From positions 1-41,738 of the forward strand of contig CALSCO010000101.1 of the NCBI GenBank assembly GCA_943704415.1: a stretch of DNA of 41,738 bases, in the 5' to 3' direction. Origin of the DNA: Parvularia atlantis (lineage: Eukaryota). The notes under the pieces were generated by a model. The model searched no databases and had not been told where the DNA came from. It was given only the letters and a program-made list of their open reading frames with translations. Shown here in pieces: positions 1-11,500 of this stretch. The first letter of the stretch is position 1. Each line of letters begins with the position of its first letter. The position numbers were made by a program, and so were the translations under genes.

Positions 1-38
1 CCCCCCGTGCCGCTGCGTCTGCTGAGCTGTGCGTGCAG

Positions 39-3000
39 GACTTTGTGCTCGCGGCCACGGACACGGCCACGGGCGTCTACACACTGTGCTGGAGCCCCGT
101 GCAGTCGGGCGCGCAGCAGGTGCGCGAGCGCAACAGCTCCCCCATCAACGCTGATCGGCGCGCGGGCCGCAGCTGCGCGTGCTCGTGAGCGTGAGCGGCG
201 TGCGCCAAGACGTCGCGGGGTCGCCATTCGCGGTCACCGTCAGCACGGGCGCGTTCAGCCCGGCGCAGTCGGTGCTGTACGACTTCACAAACGCGTGCCC
301 GTTCGTGTCCGAGTGCCGTGCGGCGGCCGACGCACTCGGCCTTACCGAGCAGACGGCGGGCGAGCAGGCGACGTTCTACATCATGCTCATGTACGAGCGC
401 ACGCAGTCGCACGCTCGGCGCACTCACACTGCTCGCCCCGCCAGCGACGTCAACGGCAACCTGCGCAACTTCTCGGCCAGCGACATGACGCTCGCGAGCT
501 TCAGCGTGGCCATCACCGGGCCGTCGTCGACCACGGGCACCGTCTCGCTGCGGTCTGCGCGCGTGCCGCACTTGCGCTTGCAGTTCGCTCACGCGCTCAG
601 CGCAGGCCCAACACGCTCTACTCGCTGCAGGTGCAGTACACGCTCGAGGTGATCGGCTCGTACACGATCAGCGTGACGTACGGCAGCGACGTGCGTGCCC
701 CTTCCCTCTTCTCTTTGCTGCGCAGCGTCGCTCAGCCGCGCGCGCGCGCCAGCTCGTCGGGTACTTTGAGGCGAGCGTCAACATCCAGCCGGCCGACGCG
801 AGCGTTGCGACGAGCGTGTTCAACGTGTCGTCGTCGTACACGATCTTGGTGCGCTCGCGCCTGGCCCGCCTTCACACGCACGCAGCACTGATCGCCGCGG
901 GCGCAGGCCGGCACGGCACTTTCGCCCGCGCCGTCACTGCTGCTGCTGGACGGGTTTGGCAACGTGCGCTCGCGTGACGGGCTGCTGAGCGTGCGGGCGC
1001 TGCCGACCGCGGGCGGGTCGCATCCGAATGGGGTATGGCACGCGCCGTGGACGGACGTGCATGCTCACGGGACCCCCCGCGTGCGCCTAGCAATGCACGC
1101 TGACCGAGAGCGCGCTGCGGCCGGGCCTGTACACGGCGTCGTGCGTGATGCGCGACGCGAGCACGCCGTACACGTTCGCGTTCTACTACGACAACGTGCC
1201 TTTCGCGGAGCTCATCCCCGTCACCGTCAACCCGGGTGCGCGCGCGCAGCGGCTGCGTTGGCCAGCTGTGCGGCTCATCCGCATGCGGGGGCGCAGCGCT
1301 CGTCGCGTCGGCCAACTCGACGTTTGCGGACGTGCAGGCGCAGCTCGTGGCGGGCCAGAACAGCACCATCACCATCACCGCGTTCGACGCCTACGGCAAC
1401 CCGAGCAGCAACATTCTCGCGCAGACGTTCCGCACGCTTCTCAACCCGATCACGCAGGGCCAGGTGCGTGGTGGACTGCTGCTGCTGCTCATGTGCTGAC
1501 GGGGTAGCCTCGCAGCGCTTCAGCACGACTATCACCGCCTTCACCGCACCCAACACGTACCGCGCGTCGTACCAGCTGCTGCGCAAGGGTGCGCGCAAGC
1601 GTGCAGTCCGCACATCACCGCACCTGCTCACCGGCCATGCGCGTGCGCACAGGCTCCTACCAGGCGTCTGTCACGTTCAACAACTTTGACATCCCGGCCG
1701 TGGGCAATTCGATCGTCAACGTCGTCGCGGGCCCGACCGACGCGACGCAGTGCACCATCTCGCTCCCGTCGACCATCACCGCGGGCATGCAGGTGCGTAG
1801 CGGGCGCGCTGTCTCGTGCGCGCCTGACCGACCCGTGCGCACGCAGACGTTCATCACGCTCAACGCACGCGACGCGTACGGCAACGTGCACAATGGCGTG
1901 GACGAAAGCGCTCTGTTCTTCTTCTCCTTCACCAACGTACAGGACTCGTCCGTCGGCTACGTGGGCACCGTACGGCCGTCGCTCACGGGCGTGTACAACG
2001 TGACGTTTACGCCGCTCGTGAAGGGCAACGTGCGTGCGCTGAGGCGACGCGTGTGGCCACTGACTGCGCGCCGCTGCAGTACCTGTGCAAGGGCGCGTAC
2101 GTCAACCCAAACACCGTGACCATCACCGCCGTCTTCACGGTCACAGCCGCGCCGCCCTCGCCGGCCCGCAGCACGTTCTTGCAGACGTCGACAGGCCAGG
2201 CAAGTTTACGTCGCGCGTGCGGGGCACGTGTGCACCGCTGACAGGCTGTATCAGAGCACGAGCAGGGCCGGCGCGGACAGCGATATCATCATCTTCTCGA
2301 CCGACGCGTACCGCAACCCCGTCGGCTTCGCGCCCAATTACACCGTCACGATCCGTGCGCGCCCCCCAACGCCCGCCGTCGCAAGTTGCGCTCACGCCTC
2401 GCACCGCAGAGCCGGCCAGCGGCGACGCACCGCTGCTAATCACCGCTGTGACGTCGCCCAGCGACGGCCTCGCGAGCCTGAGCAGATACCGCTACAACAT
2501 CACGGCGGCCGGGGCGTACACGGTGCGCGTGTACGACGCGAGCAACACCGAGATCCTCGTGCGTCCTGCTCGGCGTCTGTGGGTGTTGCTTACGTGTCCG
2601 CTGTGCACAGGGCTCGCCGAGCACGCTCACAGTGCAGGCGGCCGCGGCCACGAGCGCGTCGCTCGTTGTCAACGGTGCGATGCCTCACGCCTCCTTTTTT
2701 TTTTCTTGCTGCTGACGCCCCCCGTGCAGTGCCGCGGTCGCTTATGGTGGATGAGTTTGGCGAGATCGTCGTGACGACGCGCGACGCGTTCAACAACCCG
2801 TCGACGGGCGGCGACCGCGTCGTGTGCTCGCTCGTCGGTGCGCGGCGCAGCACGCAGTCGCCGTGCACAGCCACTGAGCCGCACGCCCCGCGCGCACAGG
2901 CATCGGCTTCTCGACGCTGATCACGACCACGCCCCAGTTCTACGCGGGCGCGTACCACATCCCGTTCAACGCGACCGTCGGCGGGCTTTACCTCGTGCGG

Positions 3001-4052
3001 CTGTACATCAACAACAACATCTACTACAACACGACGCTGGACGTGCTCACGCCGTACGGCGGGACGTGCACGACGTTCACGGCGTCGATCAACCAGGTGC
3101 TGTGCCGCACTCGTGAGTGCTGCCGTGCCGCTGAACCGTCGCACGCACAGGGCCAAGTCTGGACGCTCACGTGCAGCGCGTTTGACCGCTACGGCCGCGC
3201 CAAGACAACGGGCAACGACGTGGTCGACGTCGTGGCCGACGCGGCGACGGTCACTGTGGTGCGCACGCTTCCATCCGCCGCGCTCCAAAGCCAACGCACC
3301 TCGCGCAGCGGGACCAGAGCAACGGCGCGTACGCGGTCGACTACTCGTCGCAAAGCATCGGCTCGCACAGCGTCACCATCACGATCAACGGTAAGCCCGT
3401 GCCCGGCATGCCCCTGAGCGTGACCGTCATGCCCGGGTGTGTCTGCCTGGCTGCCGCACGCTGCTATTCGCGCTGACGTGGTGTGCGCAGGACGGGTGTG
3501 CTGGCGGGTATCATCATCGCGTTTGTGATCGTTGCCATCGCTGTCGCCGTCGCCGTCATCGTCTACATTCGGCGAAAGCAGCACTTTGAGGCGCGTGGCG
3601 GTGCTGCTTGCCCTCGCTCGCAGCTGCTGACAACCTCGCCCGCAGCAACTCGAGCGCATGAAGCGCAAGCCGCAGGAGGTGTTCCCGCCCAGTGCGTGCC
3701 CCATGCGCGCGCGCGTCCACCGTGCGCTCAGCGGCGCGCCGCCGCAGACTATGAGGACGAGTGGTCCGACAACGGCGGGGGCGACGAAGGGCAGACCGAG
3801 GTGGACGAGGTGCGTCGTTGGTCTGTCTGCGCGGCCGCCCGTTGATGCCTGCGCGCACGGCCAGGAGTGGCTGGCGCGCGCGAGCTCGGCCGACGAGGAG
3901 ACGCGGCTGCAGGCGGCGCACAACGCGGCGATGGGCCACATGCGCAAGTGCGCCTTGCTGCACTCGCTGGTGCGGGCTGCTGAACGTGCGCACACAGCCA
4001 CGACACGAGCGTGCCTTCGGTCAAGCGCGGCGCGTCCGTGCGGTACACGTAG
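39..4052 (+). CDS. Filamin/Ig-like repeat type I membrane protein (5'-partial, about 20 introns)
   Basis: Spliced exons give repeated filamin-type modules with D-x-[FY]-G-N-like motifs (DVNGN, DGFGN, DAYGN twice, DAYRN, DAFNN, DRYGR) and 'GSPFAVTV' / 'PVPGMPLSVTVMPG'. One TM helix follows (GVLAGIIIAFVIVAIAVAVAVIVYIRRK, about 3495-3578), then a short acidic cytoplasmic tail and TAG at 4050-4052. Confidence 0.8.
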
Positions 4053-4088
4053 AGAGACATACGCGCCTGATAGTTCACGAGCTGGGCC

Positions 4089-4587
4089 TCAGAAGTGGTG
4101 TTGCTGCTCCTCCTCGGCGAGCTCCTGCGCCGCGCGATGAGCACACCCGCGTGCTCCATGCGCCGCGCGCGCACCTCGTCCTCCTTCTCGACAAAGTGGC
4201 CCTCCTCAAAGTCGGCCCGCGCCTTGTCCGGCTCGCACGGCTCAGGCGGCTCCAGCACGCCTTTCGCGCTTGCCCCGTCAGCACGCCCCTTCCCACCCGC
4301 TCACGCACGCAAGCGCACCCTGCTCCTGCTTGCCCAGGCCGTGGCCCGGGTGCCAGCCCATCTTCTCGAGCAGGTGGTAACCGGCATTGTCGGGCGCGAT
4401 GGGCGGCGGCGCCGGCGCGTGGTGCGGCTGCCGCGTGTCCATCACGCACGTGCACGGCAAGCGCACAGCACACACACACACACACATCGTAGTGGTACGG
4501 GTGCGCCTCGTGCTGCTGCCCGTGCGCAGGCGGCGGCGCGGGCGCGGGCGCGGGCGCGGCCGCAGAAGACGACGAAGCGGCCGACAT
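4089..4587 (-). CDS. Small G-patch domain protein (3 introns)
   Basis: Spliced product contains the G-patch consensus IAPDNAGYHLLEKMGWHPGHGLGKQEQG|VLEP and ends ELAEEEQQHHF* (TGA 4089-4091). Confidence 0.8.
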
Positions 4588-4662
4588 CGATGATGACTCA
4601 CTCGGCTGTCACTGTTTTTCAAGTGTCACGCTTCGCCGGCATTGCTGTTTTGTGTCGCAGCC

Positions 4663-6241
4663 ATGCTGCTCGCTGCGCTCGAGTGTGCGTCACGTGGGGC
4701 GCGCGTGCTGCTGCTTCCCGTCTGATGCGCGCGCCGCCGCAGCCGCCGGGACGCTCTTCTACGTCGTCGATCCGCGCCGCACGACGTTTGCGCGCGTCGA
4801 GGACGTGCCGGACTACGTCAGCCGCGTGCGCAGCGCCGTCGCCGCTTCGATGTGGCGCCGATCGCGCGTCGCACAGGCCATCCCGTTCTTCTTCATCACG
4901 ATCTTTGTCGAGCTGATCGCGGCGCAGGTGCGGCCGAGGCGCGGGTCGTGCGACGTGCGTGGCTGATCGCGATGTGCTCAAACGGGGCAGTTCTCGGACG
5001 AGCACCGCGCCGTGCGCCTCAACGACGGCTTCGGCTCAGTCAGCGCGGGTCTCGTGCAGCAGGCGCGTGGACGGCGTGCGAGCCATACAACGGCTGACGC
5101 GTGCTGCGTGCGCGCGCCCCAGTTCATCAACAAGATGGCGATCAAGTCGGTCGAGCTGACGGCGTACATCTACGTGTACGAGCACTTTGCGGTCGCGCGC
5201 CTCGACCCGGCCAACCTGTGGCTGTGGCTGGCCGGGTTCCTCGCGGTCGACCTGGGCTACTACCTCTTTCACCGCTACGCGCACGAAATCAACATCTTCT
5301 GGGCCGCGCACGTCGTGCACCACAGCAGCGAGGACTACAACGCGACGACGGCGCTGCGCCAGAGCATGCTCCAGACGCTCACGTCGTGGATGTTCTACCT
5401 GCCCTTTGCGCTCTTCCTCCCGCCGCCGCTGTTCCACACGCACCGCCTGCTGAACACACTCTTCCAGTTCTGGATACACACGTGAGCCTTGCCTGCTCGC
5501 ACGTTATGCACTCGACTCACTGTGCGCGCGGTGCAGCGAGCTCGTCGGCAAGCTCGGCCCGCTCGAGTGGGTGCTCAACACGCCCTCGCACCACCGCGTG
5601 CACCACGGCCGCAACCCGTACTGCATCGACAAGAACTACGCCGGCACGCTGATCATCTGGGACCGCATGTTTGGCACGTTCGCCGAGGAGCGCGACGACG
5701 AGCGCGTTGTGTACGGCCTCACCCACCCGATCAACACCTTCGACCCGTTCACGATCCAGACGCACCACCTCATGCACATCCTGCGCACGGCCTACGCCAC
5801 GCCGGGCCTGCTCAACAAGATCAAGGTGCGCCGTGCGCGCAAGCGCCTGGCTCCCGTCGCTGACCGCATGCGCCTGCTCAGGTGTTTGTGTACGGCCCTG
5901 GCTGGGCGCCCGGCAAGCCGCGCCTCGGCCAGATCGAGGACATCCCGCCGGTGCGCTGCGCTGGAAGCGGGCACACGAACGCTGACGGAAACACAGGTCA
6001 AGTACCCGCACCCGTACTACGACCCGAAGTTGCCACAGCACCTCAACGTCTACGTGATCGTGCGCGGCTGCTGCGGACGGCGCGTGCCGCGCTGATCCGT
6101 TTGCCGCACAGCTGCACCTCACCGTCGTGCTCGTGATCTACGTGCTCGCCATCCCGCTGCTGTCCAAGTTTGACGGCGTGCTCGCGTCGGTGATCGGGTG
6201 CGCTTCTGCCGCTGCCACAGACCGCCAGCACGGCCGCTCAC

Positions 6242-6272
<31 letters not shown>

Positions 6273-6647
6273 GCACAGCTTCCTGCTGCTTTACTCGGTC
6301 ACTTGCTTCGGCGCTCTCTTTGACCGCCGGCCGGTCGGCGTCCTGCTCGAGCTGCTGCGCCTCGCCGCGATCGCCGGCTACGTGCTGTGCGTGTCGCGCG
6401 CCTGCTGTGCCGTGATACATCTCACGGCCACCGCAGCGTCTTCCTACCCACGTCGGGCTTCCCGATCGCGCGGCACGTCGTGCAGCCGGCGCAGGTCGTC
6501 GTGGGCGTCGTCTGCGCCGTCTCAGCGGCCACAATCACGTACTGGTATGCGCGCGGCAACTTTTACGGCAAGGACGACTCGCTGCAGACGACGCCGACCA
6601 AGGGCCTCCGCGCCGCCGTCGCAGCCGCAAAGAAGAAGGCGCAGTGA
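4663..6647 (+). CDS. AGMO: Alkylglycerol monooxygenase (fatty acid hydroxylase superfamily)
   Basis: N-terminal TLFYVVDP...VEDVPDYV; His boxes YYLFHRYAHEINIFWAAHVVHHSSEDYN, FQFWIHT|ELVGKLGPLEWVLNTPSHHRVHHGRNPYCIDKNYAGTLIIWDRMFGTF; GPGWAPGKPRLG; C-terminal KKAQ* fits a dilysine ER-retrieval signal. Confidence 0.95.
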
Positions 6648-6685
6648 CCGTGCATGCATGCCTGTCTATCTTTGTGCGGTCCAGG

Positions 6686-8226
6686 TCAGGTGAGGGCGAG
6701 CGCCCACGCGTTGGCGTCGATGGCCTCGTTCAGCTCGGACGCACGCAGCACGCGGTCCTGCTCGTTCAGGCGCTGCAACGGCGTCGCCATCAGCTGCCAT
6801 TGAGCAGACGTTTGTCGCGCGCACCAGTTGCTCCTTGCACCGCCGGTAGAACAGCCTGAACGCCTCGTCTGGCAGCGAGCGCTGCATTTTGTCGAGGCGC
6901 GCCTGGATCGCCTGCTCGAGCCGCTGCGCCGCACAGTGTCAGAGTGGCGCCATCCCCATGCCATTCAGTGCGCACCAGCTTATTTTGCACGCGCGTGCGG
7001 TCGCGCTCCGTGCGCTGGCGCGGCAGCGAGAGAAACAGGCGCTGCGAGTCGCCGAGCAGTGTGCCAAACTCGTTGCCGACGGCCGCCAGCGACGCGGAGC
7101 CGTCGTCGTCGTTCGCGCTCTCTGAGTACTGCGTGTGCGCACGCATGCTCCGTCAGACAAGCGCTGCAGCTATACACGGTCAGCACGCACCCAGACACCG
7201 TGGTCGAGCAACGGCACCGCGAGACGCAGCTCGCGCGCCGTCTGGTAGCGTCGCTGCCGAGCACGCCACGACCGTCCCACGGCGTCGGCCGCATCGATGT
7301 GGCGCGACAGCAGCCACGTCGTGCCGTACCGCCGCCGCACCGCGCCGTCGTCGCGCTCGGGCGTGCACGGCACGGGCTCAATAGCCGCTGATGCGCCATC
7401 GGTCCGCACACCGCGTGACGGCACACGAAGCAGCGCGTCCAGCACGGTCGCGTCGTGTCCCGCACTCGCACCGCGCAGCCACGTCGCGACAGGGTCGATC
7501 CACGCGACGTCGGCCGCGCCGAGCAGGCGCTGCGCTATAAGACCGAGCCGCGCGTGTCGGTGGATCACGACGTGCGGCCCGGGCGCGGCGGGCGTCGGCG
7601 TCGGCGGCGGTGACGGCGGCAGCGGCAGTCGCAGTGCGGCGCTCTCCCACGTCGCGTGCGCGTCCAGCACGAGCGGCACAAACTGCGCCATCAGCGGCCC
7701 GTCGCGGCCGATAGCGTCGTCGACGTTGCGCGCGCCGTCCTCGACCACGATCGGCACGGGCGCGTCCAGCAGCGGCGCGATCGTGTCCAGCCGCGTCACT
7801 CGCCCGCGGCTGACCAGCGTCCACGCGCCGCCGTCGACGGGCGTGGCGCCAACGAGCGCGATCTGCGCGGCGCCGCCGTTGCGCGGGAGATGCAGCCGTC
7901 CGCGCCACCGCACGTCGTGTCGTCCCGTCGTCAACGCGTCGATGCTGCAGACGTCGACGTGCCGCGGCATCGCCCGGGCCACGTCCAACAGCTCGCGCCA
8001 GCGCCCATCGCCGCCGTCGTCGGTGTCGTCTGGATCGAGCGCGATGCGCAGCCGCGCGCCGACGCGCCACTCGCACGCGCGGCGGATGCGCCCGAACGCG
8101 TCCACGGCACCATCTGCACCGATCGCCACCGTGAGCCGCGCACGAGACACGCGGAGACCGCGCACCGGGCGCCGTCGGCCGCACAACGACGGCCTCGTCC
8201 GTGTCCTCCACGTGGCCGGCACTCAT
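6686..8226 (-). CDS. Hypothetical protein; C-terminal helical domain resembles Sld7/MTBP C-terminus
   Basis: ATG at 8226; four GTGCG-AG introns join MSAGHVEDTDEAVVVRPTAP|DGAVDAFG..., a long exon, YSESANDD...RVQNKL|RLEQAIQARLDKMQRSLPDEAFRLFYRRCKEQL|LMATP...ELNEAIDANAWALALT*. The family assignment is weak and made by eye. Confidence 0.6.
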
Positions 8227-8324
8227 CCAAACCACGCGCTCTCCATCATGGCAGCAGCACCCACGTGGCCAGAACTCATAGACGATCAGCCGTCACTGAT
8301 CATGGCCGTGATCGCCACGTGGCC
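8208..8324. promoter_or_regulatory. Three CCACGTGGCC (G-box/E-box) motifs at 53-54 bp spacing in a degenerate tandem repeat at the divergent promoter
   Basis: CCACGTGGCC at 8208, 8261 and 8315. The second and third copies are each preceded by ATCATGGC. Confidence 0.5.
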
Positions 8325-8529
8325 AACGCTCTTTGAGGATGAGGCGAAAGTGGGACTAGCGTGGGTAGCTTTGCGGAACAGGCATGATGGCGACGGAGGG
8401 GGCACGACCCTCTCTGCCAAGCCGCTCACTTTCCCCGTTCGCCGCGCAGCCGCAGCCGTCGTCGTCGCGGCCGCCGCGTCCGTCTTCAACCAGCAGCAGC
8501 AGCACCAGCAGCAGCGGCTTCCGCTCGTC

Positions 8530-11500
8530 ATGTCGTTCGGCACGCAGCCGTTCGGCGCGGCCGCGTCCCGTGCGTCGTCGACGGCTCGTCTCTTTCCGCC
8601 GCGCTGACGGGCGTCATCCCGCAGCGTTTGGCTTCAGCGCGCCGGCGTCGACGCCCACGGCCGGCACGTTTGGCGCGGCGCCCGGCGCGAGCGGCTTTGG
8701 CGGCATCGGCGGTGGATTCGGTGCGATCCCGCGCTAGTTAAACGGGCATCTGACCTCGGCCCGACCGCGGAAAAAGGCGCCGCGACGCAGCCCGGCGCCT
8801 TCGGAGGCCTCGGAGGGACACAGCAGACGGGGCTCGGGCTGGGCTCGCAGTTTGGCGGTAGGGAGGAGTCGTGACGCGCGTGACGTGGACGGCGCTCACT
8901 GGACGCGGCTGCGCAGCAGCGACGACGAGCGCCTTTGGCCAGCCGCCAGCAGCGACGTCGCCGTTTGGCACGCTCGGCGCGGCCAAGCCGCCCAGTACGC
9001 TGGGCGGATTCGGCACGGCGTCGACCGCCGGCACTGGGCTCTTTGGGCAGACCGCGACACCGACCACCGGCTTTGGCGCGCCCGCCCAGACCGGCTTTGG
9101 CGGCGGTAGGCGCGCCATCTGCGGCTGATCGAGGTCGAGGCTGACGACACGGGCGCGCAGGGCTCGGCGCGATGTCGTCGTTCCAGCAGCAGCCGTTCCT
9201 GGGCCAGCAGCAAGCGCAGCCGGTCAGCACGGGCTTTGGCGCAGCAACGTGCGTGCCGGCTGCCTCGTTCGCCTTGCATTAATGTTGACGCGCGCACATA
9301 GCAGCGGCTTTGGCGGTGGCCAGTTGGGCGCGGGCACGCTGGGCGGGTCGGCCTTTGGCGGGCTCGGCGGCGCGCAGACGCTCGGTGGCCAGACGCTCGG
9401 CGGTGCGTGGCGAGCGATCGGGCGCGGGCAGGACTGACGGCGCGCCAGCAGGCAGCCAGTTTGGCTTGTCGCCGTACGCCCAGCCGAACGACGGCACGGG
9501 CACTAAGCCGTACACGCCGACGGGCGACAAGGTGCGCCCGCAACCGCTGCGCTGTGCTGTGCCGTGCTGACCGCGACACGCGCAGGACACGACCGTGACG
9601 CCGCACGCCAGCATCACCATTCACAGCGTTTCGGCCATGCCCGAGTACCGCAACAAGTCGCATGAGGAGCTGCGCTGGGAGGATTACCAGAAGGGCCGCA
9701 AGGGCCCGCAGCAGAGCGCGACCGGCTTTGGCGGGTCGACGCTGGGCGGCTTTGGGCAGCCTACGGCGCAGAACATGCTTGGCGGCTTTGGTGCGCAGCC
9801 GGTGCAGTCGACGATGGGCCTTGGCGCCGCCCCGTTCGGTAGCTCGTTCGCGCAGCGTACGCATTGCCCCTCTGCCCGGCTTGTCGTGCGCACTTACGGC
9901 TGCGCACACAGCGAACACAGGCATGCCTGCCTTTGGCAGCACCGGCACCACGAGCGCCTTCGGCACCAGCACGGGCGCCTTCGGCTCTGCCACGACCGCG
10001 CCCTTCGGCCAGCAGCAGACGCAGAGCACGCTGGGCGCGTTTGGCCAGCCGCAGCAGCCGGCGGCGACGCAGAGTGCGGCGCGTGGGGCTCGCGTTTGGT
10101 GCCCGCTGACGCATGTGTGCACTCGCAGGTTTTGGCGCGTTTGGCGCGCAGCCGACGACCGGCCTCGGCGGTTTTGGCACGCCGCAGACGGGCTTTGGTG
10201 CGCAGACGTCCGCGTTTGGCCAGCAGTCGACGAGCCCGTTCGGCGTAAACACGCTCGGCAAGCCCGCGACAACCGGTGAGGGCGTAAGGGCACGGCGCAG
10301 CGCGTCGCTCACCGCTGCGTCTGCAGGTTTTGGCGGTACGACAGGGTTTGGTGCCACAACCAGTACCTTTGGCGCGCCGCAGCAGCAGCAGGGCAGCGTC
10401 TTTGGCACGCCCACGGGCGGCCAGACGGCGTCGCTCTTCTCGACCACGTCGCCCGGTTTCGGCCAGCAGCGGCCCGCGCAGCCGCAGCCGCAGCAGCAGC
10501 TGGCGCCCCTCGGCGGCACAAACACGTTCGGCTCGCCACTGGGCAGCTTTGGCCAAGCCAAGCCGGCGGCGACGATGACCTTTGGTCAACCGACCAGCAC
10601 CTTTGGCTCGTCCTTCTCCAGCGGCAACGCTTTTGGCACCGCACCGCAGGCGGGCTCGCTCATGAACAACTCGTTCAACATGGGCTCGTCGCTCCTGCCG
10701 ACGAGCACGCCCGGCTTTGGCGGCTTCTCAACCCTCACGCCGGTGGTGCGTACGGGCTCGCTTGTTCGCACCAGGCTGCTGACACTCTCGTTTGCGCTAG
10801 GCGGCGCAGCAGCCCTCACTGCAGGCCACGATCGACAGCAGCCCGTACGGCAACCTGCCCATTTTCCAGACGCTCAATACGCCGGCCGCGACGCCTGCCA
10901 AGCGTGCGTTTCCCCGTGTTGCGCCAGCGATCACCTCGCAGCTGACGCGCGCGCACACAGCCGCCGAGACGATTGCGCCCGGCAACGCGCCGCTCAGCGT
11001 GACTGTCAAGGCGACGGGTTCGAAGACCAGCGGCGACAGCAGCGTGTCGTCCATCCCGCTGAGCATGGTGTGTGCCACTGTCGCTGGCGTGAGCTTGGTT
11101 GACACTCGCGCGGTCGCAGCAGTTCCCGACCTCCGCGACCAAGGTCACGCCGCGCCGCCCGGGCGTGGGCCGCACGCCGCAGGCGCACGCGCTCTTCCAG
11201 GGTGCGCGTCTCGGCCGACCGTTGCACGCATCGCTGACACGGCACGCTCGACCGCAGACCTCGGCCAGGCGGGCCAGCCGGGCGGCACACGCGAGACGCT
11301 CACGCCCGAGATCTTCGCCAAGGCGCACAGTGTCAAACGGCTGACGATCCGCGAGGAGACGCCGGCGACGAGCGCGCGCGGCGCAAGCACTGCCGTGGAC
11401 GCGTCCGCCGCGCGCCCCGCGACGAGCACCGCGAATCCGGCCGCAACGCAGTTTGCGCGCCTGCTCGACGCGTCGCGCGTGGACGACAGCAGCCTGTCGG

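Noticed and set aside
6245..6270. Poly-C tract read as poly-Pro or poly-Gly coding sequence
   Set aside because: It lies inside an AGMO intron between branch site and acceptor; homopolymer length is unreliable.
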